In this document: one piece after another, positions 11,510 to 20,419 of the stretch
Layout of the letters: every line of letters starts with the position of its first letter
Numbering within the stretch: position 1 is the first letter of the stretch
NCBI GenBank assembly: GCA_026708525.1
Contig: JAPOUS010000133.1
Coordinates: 568 to 64,567 of the forward strand
Source: Cellvibrionales bacterium
Lineage (GTDB): Bacteria > Pseudomonadota > Gammaproteobacteria > Pseudomonadales > DT-91
Direction: 5' to 3'
Length of the DNA stretch: 64,000 bases
The notes under the pieces: model-generated
The model's input: the letters and a program-made list of their open reading frames with translations, nothing else
Database searches by the model: none
What the model was told of the DNA's origin: nothing
Program-made: the position numbers and the translations under genes

Positions 11510-12012
11510 GCGTTAGGTTTGGCATTGTCTGCAATGGCTTGAGCTAAGTCGTCAATGGGTTTTTCACCCAATTCAACTTTCTCAAGGTGGTGATCTTCCG
11601 TTAGGCTGCCCTTGTCATAAGGCGATGATTTAGGTGCATAATCTAAGGGTGGGGTTGCCTCTATCTCCTCAGTAGGGGAGGCTAATTTTGAAACCGGCTC
11701 GGGAATAGATTGAATTAATGGGTTGTTGGTGCCGCCAGAGGACGTCAACTTGCTGGCACTGTCGGCTAGATGGTTGTGAATATCTCGATAAGTCTCAGTG
11801 AGGTTATTTAATAAGTTTGAGGTGGTCATAAAGTGTTCGGTCACTTCCTGACGATATTGCTTAAGCTCTGTTTGAGATTCGTGCAGGTGCTTTTCAAGGT
11901 CGCGGTTTTTCTTTTCATTGGCAGAATAGCGAGAGGTGAAAAACGCGCCAATGATGCCGCCAGCTAGAAAGCAGCAGATGCCAGTAACGATGAGCATGTG
12001 TAATGATTCCAC
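11506..12012 (-). CDS. zapG: Z-ring associated protein ZapG (YhcB, DUF1043)
   Basis: 168 aa with a single N-terminal TM helix followed by a coiled coil (ELKQYRQEVTEHF..T..LL..L...Y..I..HL). It is divergent from zapE, as in E. coli. The GTG start at 12012 has AAGGAG 9 nt upstream. An alternative ATG lies at 11997. Confidence 0.7.
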   Translation of the reverse strand: MESLHMLIVTGICCFLAGGIIGAFFTSRYSANEKKNRDLEKHLHESQTELKQYRQEVTEHFMTTSNLLNNLTETYRDIHNHLADSASKLTSSGGTNNPLIQSIPEPVSKLASPTEEIEATPPLDYAPKSSPYDKGSLTEDHHLEKVELGEKPIDDLAQAIADNAKPNA

Positions 12013-12167
12013 TTATTGAAGCTCCTTTTTAGTAACCGTTTTACAATTCAATTTATTATAACCGCTTAAAAGAAAAGCCAAAGACTTTTTTCTTTGAAAT
12101 ATTTCATTGTAAATGCGCGAGTGCATAGGTAAAGTTGCCGAGTTTTTTTAAGCCGATAACTCTTTGA

Positions 12168-13268
12168 ATGACGCCACTTGAAAAATACCAACAAGATCTT
12201 GAGCGTAGTGACTTCTTTTTTGATGCCTCTCAAAAGAATGCCATCGAGAAATTGCAAGCGTTGTATGATGCGCTTCTCACTGCACCAAAAAGGCCACCTA
12301 AAACCTTTATTTCTCAAATAAGTCAGCGCTTTTCCAAGAAAGAACAGCCAAAAATCAAAGGGTTATATTTTTGGGGTGGGGTTGGTCGCGGTAAAACCTA
12401 TTTGATGGATAGCTTTTATGAATCCTTACCTTTTAATGATAAGTGGCGGCTACATTTTCATCGTTTTATGCAAAAAGTGCACGGTGAACTGAAAAAGCGG
12501 CAGGGTGAAGTCAATCCGTTGGATAGTATTGCAGAATCGATTGCTCAGGAGGCAAGAGTGATCTGCTTTGATGAATTTTTTGTGACGGATATTACTGATG
12601 CCATGATTTTGGGGGGCTTATTTGAACAATTATTCGATAAAGGTGTGGTGTTGGTTGCTACGTCAAATATAGTGCCAGATAATCTCTATGAAAATGGACT
12701 CCAGCGGCAGCGTTTTTTGCCTGCCATTGCAGCTCTCAAAGAAAATTGTGAGGTGGTTAATGTCGATTCGGGTGAGGATTACCGTTTAAGGGCACTAAAG
12801 CAAGCAGCGCTTTATTATTCGCCTCTAGGGTCAGCAGCGGATAAGTCGCTGTTAAAGAGTTGGTGCTCCTTTGGCTTAAAGAAGCCGGAAGGCCCTCAGT
12901 CTTTAGTGATTAATGATCGAGAAATTCCTGCAATTGCTTTAAGCGAAGATGCCGCTTGGGTGAGCTTTCAAGCCTTGTGTGATGGGCCAAGAAGTCAGAA
13001 TGACTATATAGAAATCGCTAGGCTTTTTAATACCGTTCTCGTGGCCAATGTGCCTGTGCTAACAAGAGATATGGAAGATCAGGCGCGGCGGTTTATCAAT
13101 TTGGTTGATGAGTTCTATGATCGGCAGGTAAAGGTGATTATTTCCGCTGAGGCAGGGATTGATGGTATCTATCAAGGCCAGCGTTTATTGTTTGAAATTG
13201 AGCGAACCCAGAGTCGCTTACTTGAGATGCAAAGTGAAGAGTACCTTGCCAAGCCTCATCGGCCGTGA
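12168..13268 (+). CDS. zapE: cell division protein ZapE (AFG1-family ATPase)
   Basis: 366 aa. Walker A is GGVGRGKT and Walker B is ICFDEFFVTD. The conserved location upstream of rplM-rpsI supports the call. Confidence 0.88.
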   Translation: MTPLEKYQQDLERSDFFFDASQKNAIEKLQALYDALLTAPKRPPKTFISQISQRFSKKEQPKIKGLYFWGGVGRGKTYLMDSFYESLPFNDKWRLHFHRFMQKVHGELKKRQGEVNPLDSIAESIAQEARVICFDEFFVTDITDAMILGGLFEQLFDKGVVLVATSNIVPDNLYENGLQRQRFLPAIAALKENCEVVNVDSGEDYRLRALKQAALYYSPLGSAADKSLLKSWCSFGLKKPEGPQSLVINDREIPAIALSEDAAWVSFQALCDGPRSQNDYIEIARLFNTVLVANVPVLTRDMEDQARRFINLVDEFYDRQVKVIISAEAGIDGIYQGQRLLFEIERTQSRLLEMQSEEYLAKPHRP

Positions 13269-13400
13269 TGTGCTTTTTTAGTGTAAAAAAATGCATCAAA
13301 AAAACCGTTTTAAGCGGGAAATAGTATTGCGGTATTTGCCATATTCCTGTAGTATTCGCGCTCTTTTACAGACAGTCTCTATTTATTTAGGCCAAAAATT

Positions 13401-13829
13401 ATGAAAACTTACAGTGCTAAGCCAAATGCTGTCAGCCAAGATTGGTATGTTGTTGATGCGGCTGATAAGACGCTCGGTCGTTTGGCATCTGAAATTGCGC
13501 ATCGCCTTCGTGGGAAACATAAGCCTGAATATACTCCTCACGTTGATACCGGTGACTACATTGTTGTTGTGAATGCTGAAAAAATCGCAGTCACAGGCAA
13601 CAAGGCAAAAGATAAAACGTATTACCGTCATACTGGATATGTCGGTAATCTTAAGTCAATGTCTTTCGAGAAGTTGATTGATCATGCTCCTGAGCGAGTG
13701 TTGAAATTAGCCGTTAAAGGCATGTTACCAAGAAATCCGTTGGGTCGAGCGATGTTTTCAAAGCTCAAAGTCTATGCAGGTGAATCTCATCCTCATACTG
13801 CTCAACAACCTAAAGAACTACAGATTTAA
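13401..13829 (+). CDS. rplM: 50S ribosomal protein L13
   Basis: 142 aa. MKTYSAKP......[27 protein letters not shown] is canonical L13. Confidence 0.98.
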   Translation: MKTYSAKPNAVSQDWYVVDAADKTLGRLASEIAHRLRGKHKPEYTPHVDTGDYIVVVNAEKIAVTGNKAKDKTYYRHTGYVGNLKSMSFEKLIDHAPERVLKLAVKGMLPRNPLGRAMFSKLKVYAGESHPHTAQQPKELQI

Positions 13830-13842
13830 CGGAAGCTAAAAT

Positions 13843-14235
13843 ATGTCTAGCGCACAATACTATGGTACTGGACGTCGTAAAACCTCGACGGCTCGTGTTT
13901 TTCTAAAAAATGGCTCAGGCAATATTACGGTTAACAACCGATCTATTGAGCAATACTTCGGTCGTGAAGTGGCACGAATGATCGTTCGTCAGCCATTATC
14001 TGTTGTTGAGATGGAAGATAAGTTCGATATCAATGTTACCGTTAAAGGTGGTGGTAGCTTTGGTCAGGCTGGTGCAATTCGTCACGGTTTAGCACGAGCA
14101 CTTATCGATTTTGATGAGGCTAACCGTTCGCCACTTCGTCAGGCGGGTTATGTGACTCGTGATGCGCGTGAAGTTGAGCGTAAGAAAGTGGGTCTACGTA
14201 AAGCGCGTAAAAAGCCACAGTTTTCCAAGCGTTAA
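13843..14235 (+). CDS. rpsI: 30S ribosomal protein S9
   Basis: 130 aa. [16 protein letters not shown] and the C-terminal [14 protein letters not shown] are canonical S9. Confidence 0.98.
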   Translation: MSSAQYYGTGRRKTSTARVFLKNGSGNITVNNRSIEQYFGREVARMIVRQPLSVVEMEDKFDINVTVKGGGSFGQAGAIRHGLARALIDFDEANRSPLRQAGYVTRDAREVERKKVGLRKARKKPQFSKR

Positions 14236-14252
14236 TTCTTTTTTGTTTTTTC

Positions 14253-14284
14253 AAAAACCCAAGGGTGTCCTTGGGTTTTTTTTT
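14253..14284 (+). terminator. intrinsic terminator of rplM-rpsI
   Basis: AAAAACCCAAGG-GTGT-CCTTGGGTTTTT followed by a further T-run, 18 nt after the rpsI stop. Confidence 0.85.
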
Positions 14285-14500
14285 GCCTTAAGTCTTGCTC
14301 GCTCTCTTTTTCAAGTGCGGGGTTGTTTATTAGGTTTAATAATAAGTAGGCGGCCTTTTCTTTTGATCGATAGCAAGGCGTTATAAAAAGCACGCTGACT
14401 AACGAATAGCCTTGTTTCATGCAGGGATTTTCTTTAGCATATGCGCAGAATAAAAAATGTCACTTAAGTCTCTGCTCCAGGGCTATTGTAGGGGGTACCT

Positions 14501-15097
14501 ATGAGCAATGAAGGTGTTAACACCTCAAGAAGACGGTTTTTGATCGCCACAACGGCTGCGGTAGGAAGTGCCGGTGTCGCGGGTGTTGCCGTTCCTTTTC
14601 TCGGATCTTGGCGTCCTAGTGCTAAAGCGAAAGCGGCTGGCGCGCCTGTTAAAGCGGATTTAAGCAAATTAAAGCCCGGTGAGTTGATTACGGTCGAGTG
14701 GCGCGGTAAGCCTGTGTATATCATGTACCGCACTAAAGAGCAGTTAGCGTCGTTAGCTACGTTAACATCGACTTTGCGTGATCCGGACTCAAACGAATCT
14801 ATTCAGCCTGAATATACAAAGAATGAAGGTCGGTCGACTAAGCCTGAATATGTGGTCTTGGTTGGTCTGTGTACACATTTGGGTTGTGCGCCTAACCCTC
14901 GCCCAGAAGTTGCAGCCGCAGATTTAGGTAAAGATTGGCTGGGTGGGTTTTTCTGCCCGTGCCATGGTTCCAAGTATGACTTGGCAGGCCGTGTCTATAA
15001 AGCCGTGCCTGCACCAACTAACTTGGACGTGCCTCCTTACAAATACTTAAGTGATACTGTTATTTTGATTGGTGAAGATGAGGAGGTCTCAGCATGA
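14501..15097 (+). CDS. petA: ubiquinol-cytochrome c reductase, Rieske iron-sulfur subunit
   Basis: 198 aa. It has a Tat-like RRRFL N-terminus and the Rieske boxes CTHLGC and CPCHGS. Confidence 0.95.
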   Translation: MSNEGVNTSRRRFLIATTAAVGSAGVAGVAVPFLGSWRPSAKAKAAGAPVKADLSKLKPGELITVEWRGKPVYIMYRTKEQLASLATLTSTLRDPDSNESIQPEYTKNEGRSTKPEYVVLVGLCTHLGCAPNPRPEVAAADLGKDWLGGFFCPCHGSKYDLAGRVYKAVPAPTNLDVPPYKYLSDTVILIGEDEEVSA

Positions 15098-16434
15098 TTA
15101 AGTTATTAGTCGGATTACGAGACTGGGTTGATGCCCGTCTTCCCATCATGCGTGCATGGGATACCCATATGGGTGGCTACTATGCGCCAAAAAACTTTAA
15201 CTTCTTCTATTTCTTCGGGGTTTTATCCCTCGTTGTTTTAGTTAATCAATTATTGACAGGCATCTGGTTAACTATGATGTTTGTGCCGGACGCTGAAAAA
15301 GCGTTTGCATCGGTTGAATACATCATGCGTGATGTCGATTACGGCTGGATTATTCGCTATATGCATTCCACGGGAGCTTCGGCTTTCTTTGTGGTGGTTT
15401 ATATCCATATGTTCCGTGGTTTGCTTTACGGCTCCTATAAAAAACCACGCGAATTGGTGTGGGTTTTTGGTATGTTGATTCTGCTAGCGCTAATGGCTGA
15501 GGCATTCTTGGGGTATATCTTGCCTTGGGGTCAGATGTCTTACTGGGGTGCGCAGGTTATTGTGTCCTTGTTTGGCGCGATTCCTGTGATTGGTGATCCC
15601 TTGGTTGAGTGGATTCGTGGTGATTATCTGATTTCAGGTATTACCCTAAACCGTTTCTTTGCGTTACACGTTATTGCTGTGCCGTTAATTTTGGTCGCTT
15701 TGGTTGTGCTTCACTTATTGGCTTTGCATGAGGTTGGTTCTAACAACCCGGATGGCGTTGAAATTAAAAAGCACAAAGACGAAAACGGTATCCCGCTAGA
15801 TGGCGTTGCTTTCCATCCTTATTACACAGTGCATGATATTGTCGGTATTGTTGTTTTCTTAATGGCTTTTGTCTCGGTAATTTTCTTCTTCCCTGAGATG
15901 GGGGGTTACTTCTTGGAACATGCGAACTTTGAAGAAGCTAATGCCCTTAAAACGCCTGAGCATATTGCCCCTGTCTGGTACTTTACGCCTTTCTATTCGG
16001 TGCTGCGTGCGGTGCCTGATAAGCTTTATGGCTTTATCGCGTTTGGTAGCTCGGTTGCTATTTTGTTTGTTTTGCCTTGGTTGGATCGCAGCCCTGTTAA
16101 ATCGATTCGCTATCGTGGCAAGTTCTCTATTGGTTTCTTATTGGTCTTTGTTGCAGCCTTTATTATTTTGGGTGTGCTAGGGGTTAAGTCGCCAACGACT
16201 GAACGTACATTCCTTGCACAGGTTTGTTCGATCATTTACTTTGCTTTCTTCTTAACCATGCCCATTTGGTCAGCAAAAGATAAATGCAAGCCTGAGCCTG
16301 ATCGGGTAACTATGGATGGTGGCTTTGGATTGTCGGGTACGTTGGCGGGAGCTGCTGTTGTGGCTATTTTAACCGTCGGGCCGTTGTGGCTGGTTGAGTA
16401 TTTACATGCTCTCGGCCAAGCGTCAGGCCACTAA
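15094..16434 (+). CDS. petB: cytochrome b
   Basis: 446 aa, polytopic. The conserved segments FFALHV..P and PEWYF-like PVWYFTPFY are present. Its start overlaps the petA stop (ATGA). Confidence 0.95.
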   Translation: MIKLLVGLRDWVDARLPIMRAWDTHMGGYYAPKNFNFFYFFGVLSLVVLVNQLLTGIWLTMMFVPDAEKAFASVEYIMRDVDYGWIIRYMHSTGASAFFVVVYIHMFRGLLYGSYKKPRELVWVFGMLILLALMAEAFLGYILPWGQMSYWGAQVIVSLFGAIPVIGDPLVEWIRGDYLISGITLNRFFALHVIAVPLILVALVVLHLLALHEVGSNNPDGVEIKKHKDENGIPLDGVAFHPYYTVHDIVGIVVFLMAFVSVIFFFPEMGGYFLEHANFEEANALKTPEHIAPVWYFTPFYSVLRAVPDKLYGFIAFGSSVAILFVLPWLDRSPVKSIRYRGKFSIGFLLVFVAAFIILGVLGVKSPTTERTFLAQVCSIIYFAFFLTMPIWSAKDKCKPEPDRVTMDGGFGLSGTLAGAAVVAILTVGPLWLVEYLHALGQASGH

Positions 16435-16459
16435 AGATAGGGTATTAATGGAGCGAATA

Positions 16460-17275
16460 ATGAAAAAATTACTATTAACCCTAGTTTTAGCCAGTGCAGC
16501 AAAGCTAGCTTTAGCTGCTGGTGGTAATGTGCCTTTGTTGGATTTTACGCCAAATCTAAAAGATAAGGCGGGTTTGCAGCGCGGCGCAGCAGCCTATATG
16601 AATTATTGTGCGGGTTGCCATAGCATGAAGTACATGCGCTATGAGCGTTTGGCAACTGACTTAGGTATTCCAAATGAGTTGGCTGAAGAGCATTTAATTT
16701 TCACTGATCAAAAGATTGGTGCATTGATGGCTAACCCTACCTCGCCAAAGCTTCAAAAGCAGTGGTTTGGTGCGGCACCTCCTGATTTGACACTCGTTGC
16801 ACGCTCAAGAGGTGATGCTTGGTTGTATTCTTACCTTAAAGGTTTTTATGTGGATGAATCTCGTCCTTATGGATACAACAATTTGGTCTTTAAAGATGTC
16901 GGCATGCCGAATGTCTTATTGCACCTGCAAGGAGATCAAACTTGTGAACCAGCCTTGGCGCTAGGTGAAAATGGCTACCCTGCGCGTGATCCTATTTCAA
17001 ATATTGCACCAGATAACCCAAATGTTCCTTGTGGGCGCACCCAATTGGTCGATAATTCTGGCAAATTAAGCGAAAAGGAATTTGACGTTTTTGTCAGTGA
17101 TTTAGTCAATTTCTTGGTGTATACTGCAGAACCAGTTCGTATTCATGATAGGACTGTGTTAGGTTTTGACATTAATAAGCGCCAAATGATTGGTATTTAT
17201 TGTTTGTTATTTTTAATGGTGTTTGGTGTCTTTGATGTATTGTTAAACCGCGAATATTGGAAAGATATTCACTAA
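16460..17275 (+). CDS. petC: cytochrome c1
   Basis: Haem-binding CAGCHS, a signal peptide MKKLLLTLVLASAAKLALA and a C-terminal TM anchor. The track start at 16394 lies inside petB. ATG 16460 follows GGAG by 6 nt. Confidence 0.9.
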   Translation: MKKLLLTLVLASAAKLALAAGGNVPLLDFTPNLKDKAGLQRGAAAYMNYCAGCHSMKYMRYERLATDLGIPNELAEEHLIFTDQKIGALMANPTSPKLQKQWFGAAPPDLTLVARSRGDAWLYSYLKGFYVDESRPYGYNNLVFKDVGMPNVLLHLQGDQTCEPALALGENGYPARDPISNIAPDNPNVPCGRTQLVDNSGKLSEKEFDVFVSDLVNFLVYTAEPVRIHDRTVLGFDINKRQMIGIYCLLFLMVFGVFDVLLNREYWKDIH

Positions 17276-17294
17276 TTCCGCACTTTTTAATTCT

Positions 17295-17330
17295 AAAGCC
17301 TGCAAAGATCTATGCTTTGCAGGCTTTTTG
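17295..17330 (+). terminator. intrinsic terminator of petABC
   Basis: 13-bp stem AAAGCCTGCAAAG/CTTTGCAGGCTTT with a 7-nt loop, followed by TTG and T-rich sequence. Confidence 0.8.
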
Positions 17331-17364
17331 ATACCAGCCAAAACAACATTTTAGAGGTCTCCAA

Positions 17365-18015
17365 ATGGGTGTCGTTGCCAAAAGATCTTCAATGACTTTT
17401 TATTCTGATGGTCTAAGCCACTATAGCCATAGAGTAAGGATCGTCCTTGCTGAAAAAGGTGTCAGTGTTGATGTTGTCGAATGTGCCGGTGGCAATATCC
17501 CAGAGGATCTTGCACAAATTAATCCCTATAACAGCTTACCTACTATTGTTGATCGCGATTTGGTGCTTTACGAATCAAAAATCATGATGGAATATCTTGA
17601 TGAGCGTTTTCCGCACCCGCCTTTATTGCCTGTTTATCCTGTCGCCCGTGGACAGAGTAGATTGTTGATCTATCGCATTGAGCGTGATTGGTCACGTTTA
17701 GTTGATACTATCACTGATAATAAAGACCCAGATGCTGTGGAAGCGGCTCGTCAGGAATTAAAAGAAGGCTTGATTGCAGTTGCACCTATCTTTGCGGATA
17801 AGCCCTATTTTATGAGCGATGAGTTCACCTTGATTGATTGTTGCATGGCGGCCATTTTATGGCGGTTAAATTATTTAGGTATCGACATTCCTCAGAATAA
17901 GCAGACCAAGCCGTTATTTGCTTATATGGATAGCTTGTTTTCGAGAGATTCATTTAAAGAAAGCCTTTCAGAAATTGAACAGGATATGGCTCACCAGAAG
18001 GCTAATCTTGCTTAA
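17365..18015 (+). CDS. sspA: stringent starvation protein A (GST-like)
   Basis: 216 aa. MTFYSDGLSHYSHRVRIVLAEKGV and YESKIMMEYLDERFPHPPL are typical of SspA. It is followed by sspB. Confidence 0.93.
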   Translation: MGVVAKRSSMTFYSDGLSHYSHRVRIVLAEKGVSVDVVECAGGNIPEDLAQINPYNSLPTIVDRDLVLYESKIMMEYLDERFPHPPLLPVYPVARGQSRLLIYRIERDWSRLVDTITDNKDPDAVEAARQELKEGLIAVAPIFADKPYFMSDEFTLIDCCMAAILWRLNYLGIDIPQNKQTKPLFAYMDSLFSRDSFKESLSEIEQDMAHQKANLA

Positions 18016-18425
18016 TGACACCAACACGCCCTTACTTCTTGCGTGCGTTGTATGAATGGATTCTTGATAATGACTGCACTCCGTATTTAGCTGTAAATGC
18101 GCTCTATTCAGGTGTAGAGGTACCTGCTGATTATATTGAAGATGGAGAAGTGACTCTCAATCTTGCAGTAACAGCAGTACTAGGCTTGAAAATTGAAAAT
18201 AATGCCGTGAGTTTTAAAGCGAAATTCAATGGCATAGAGCATTTTGTCTATGTGCCTATGGGGGCTGTTTTGGGGCTCTATGCCAAAGAAAATGGACAGG
18301 GCATGTTATTTCCTGATGAGCCAGGGTTTGATTTCTCAGAGGATGAAGAGTCACCCGATGATTTACCTCCCGAGCCTACCCCCCCTAAAAAAATATCTCG
18401 ACAGCATTTGAAGGTTGTAAAGTGA
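18015..18425 (+). CDS. sspB: ClpXP adaptor SspB
   Basis: 136 aa. The RPYFLRALYEWILDNDCTPYL N-terminus, an acidic linker and a C-terminal ClpX-binding tail ending LKVVK support the call. The start overlaps the sspA stop (TAATGA). Confidence 0.93.
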   Translation: MTPTRPYFLRALYEWILDNDCTPYLAVNALYSGVEVPADYIEDGEVTLNLAVTAVLGLKIENNAVSFKAKFNGIEHFVYVPMGAVLGLYAKENGQGMLFPDEPGFDFSEDEESPDDLPPEPTPPKKISRQHLKVVK

Positions 18426-18602
18426 TAGTGAATAGGATGAACTAACTTCATTCTTTCATTTCTAATCCTTTGCTAATTAGAATGGATTGGATTTTGTGGT
18501 GAAGAAAACTTTTACCTTTATTACTCCTTTTGCTGCTCTTTTGGTTCCCCGCTGTTTCCAGCCACCAATCAGTTTTTACTAAATCAAGTCAATCCAAGTT
18601 CA

Positions 18603-19346
18603 ATGCCGCTTCATTATAAACTTGACCCCGCAGGTGAGCATTATTCTAAAATGTTTGTGGAGTTCTATAATTGTTTGCCTGATATAGACTGTGAAAATCA
18701 TCAAAAAGCAGCTAAGAGTGCTATTGAGAGAGTTGTACGTTATGTTGCTAAGTGCTTCCCAAAATTGTTTTCATCAACTGGAGGTGCGACGGATATTGGT
18801 TTAGCTACGCTACATAAGCATTCAACGGTTGATGAAAATACTCGTGTTGTTGAGAAATTAGAAATAAGACAAGGAGATCCAGTGCTTGTCTCTAGACCTC
18901 GTGACAAGAGTTATTTAGATCTAGACGACATTTACCCTTGCTTGTGGACAGCTGATGGTATCCCTTTGGAGTGGACAGAAGATAATGGTGCAAGAGGTCT
19001 TATTCCGTCTGATAAATTTGTGGCTCTTCAAAAAGCTATAAAAGCTTGTGGTGCCGAACATTTGTTGGGTATTGTTCAATTAAAAAAACAATCACTCCCT
19101 GTGAAAGACGGGCAAATATTAATAGAAAGAAATTATGTAAACTCCTTTCAGCAGGTCGATAGTGTCTTGATGATAAAAACTGATGAAAGGGAGTGTAAAG
19201 ATATGAATGTCATTCCAACAAGATATGAATTACGGCCAGAAGAAAACGCAGAAGGAATAGTTGAAGTTGAATGTTGGGTTTTTTTGGTTTGCGTCGGCAA
19301 GCCAAGGTATCATACGGAAGGCGTAAAGCATGAAAAAAGCGATTAG
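18603..19346 (+). CDS. hypothetical protein (orphan, no recognised domain)
   Basis: 247-aa ORF with an ATG start, no overlap and no signal peptide or TM segment. Hand counts of three 60-nt lines give about 33-42% GC, lower than a neighbouring sspA line (about 45%). I cannot assign a family. Confidence 0.5.
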   Translation: MPLHYKLDPAGEHYSKMFVEFYNCLPDIDCENHQKAAKSAIERVVRYVAKCFPKLFSSTGGATDIGLATLHKHSTVDENTRVVEKLEIRQGDPVLVSRPRDKSYLDLDDIYPCLWTADGIPLEWTEDNGARGLIPSDKFVALQKAIKACGAEHLLGIVQLKKQSLPVKDGQILIERNYVNSFQQVDSVLMIKTDERECKDMNVIPTRYELRPEENAEGIVEVECWVFLVCVGKPRYHTEGVKHEKSD

Positions 19347-19390
19347 TAAATTAGAATTAATTTGTTACTTTAGTTGCTCTTTAAGAAGAA

Positions 19391-19957
19391 TTAAACGAAT
19401 TCAAATATACTTTTTTCAATGGTTTCAAGGATTATACTAATTATATAATAGTGAAATTTGCAAAAGCGGCTATCGGGTATAGGTATGCATACGGATAGGT
19501 CGCTGGCGGCGTTTATCAATGTTTGGTTGCTGACGTTGCAGATGAGAATGTAGGGGTTTTTACTCGCTTTACATAATTCAATCACTTCAAGTAGTGCTGC
19601 TTCACTTTGCTGGCTCGCCAATAAAATCACGCAATCGCCTTTGTTCATGAGCGCTGATGTAGCGGGAGCCAAGGTTTGTGTGGGCAGCTCTGCGTGTGGG
19701 TTTTCTATAAAGGGTATGTGCATGCTCGCAAAGCTTGGTCGTTCAAAATCACTGCATTGAAGTAAATCTTTGCTGGTTTGAGCTGCAAAAGCTTCAATAT
19801 CAATAGATGCTGTGGTTAATATTTTATGACCGCTATTTAAGGTCTCGACTAATAATGTCGAAGCTTCTGCAATATGTGGAGTCAGTTCACTTTCCAAAAA
19901 TTCGTGAAAATGCTTTTGTTCTTCATACGCTTCTAGCAAGCTGTCAAATACGGTCAT
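19391..19957 (-). CDS. divergent SIS-domain protein, DiaA/GmhA-like
   Basis: 188 aa. It aligns by eye with E. coli DiaA (LNSGHKIL.., ..FERPSF.., GDCVILLASQQSE..). Its position next to yraN-lpoA matches the E. coli rsmI/lpoA-yraN-diaA locus. The canonical CCGNGTSAANAQHFA segment reads TTASIDIEAFAAQTS here. Confidence 0.6.
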   Translation of the reverse strand: MTVFDSLLEAYEEQKHFHEFLESELTPHIAEASTLLVETLNSGHKILTTASIDIEAFAAQTSKDLLQCSDFERPSFASMHIPFIENPHAELPTQTLAPATSALMNKGDCVILLASQQSEAALLEVIELCKASKNPYILICNVSNQTLINAASDLSVCIPIPDSRFCKFHYYIISIILETIEKSIFEFV

Positions 19958-19980
19958 TATGTAAACCAGAGATTATTGCG

Positions 19981-20385
19981 TTAATAAAAAGCGGATTTAA
20001 TCCAGTTGATGTCATTTGTATCATTGTTTTGAGAAATTGCAAGAACATCGAAGCGGCAAGGCGCTGCTTGAAAGGCTGGATTTTTTTGCAGGAATGTTTG
20101 GGCTGTTTTAATAATGCGTTGTTGTTTGTTTGGGGTGACTGAACTAATTGCGCCGCCGTGCGAGGTTTTCTTACGGTATCGAACTTCGATAAAACACAGC
20201 GTCTGCTTCTCTTTCATGATCAAATCTATTTCGCCAAAACGTGAGCGGACGTTTTGTTCGATGAGTCTAAGGCCTTGTTTTTTGAGGTGCTCGAGCGCTA
20301 GCGTTTCAAAGTGATCGCCGATGGATTTAGTTTTTGATAAAGATGAAAAGCGCACATTATTTTTTTTAGCCTTAAACCATGCCAT
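19981..20385 (-). CDS. yraN: YraN-family (UPF0102) endonuclease-like protein
   Basis: The conserved core is GDHFETLALEHLKKQGLRLIEQNVRSRFGEIDLIMKE...L.FIEVRYR......GGA. The track start at 20442 is a TTG overlapping lpoA. ATG 20385 (MAWFKAKK) gives the usual size of about 134 aa. Confidence 0.8.
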   Translation of the reverse strand: MAWFKAKKNNVRFSSLSKTKSIGDHFETLALEHLKKQGLRLIEQNVRSRFGEIDLIMKEKQTLCFIEVRYRKKTSHGGAISSVTPNKQQRIIKTAQTFLQKNPAFQAAPCRFDVLAISQNNDTNDINWIKSAFY

Positions 20386-20419
20386 AAATGAAAATCCTGT
20401 TTCATTAATCCTTTTTGTG

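Noticed and set aside
14159-14733. Small track ORFs in the rpsI-petA spacer and antisense to petA
   Set aside because: They overlap the rpsI terminator hairpin or the petA coding region, and they show no coding features.
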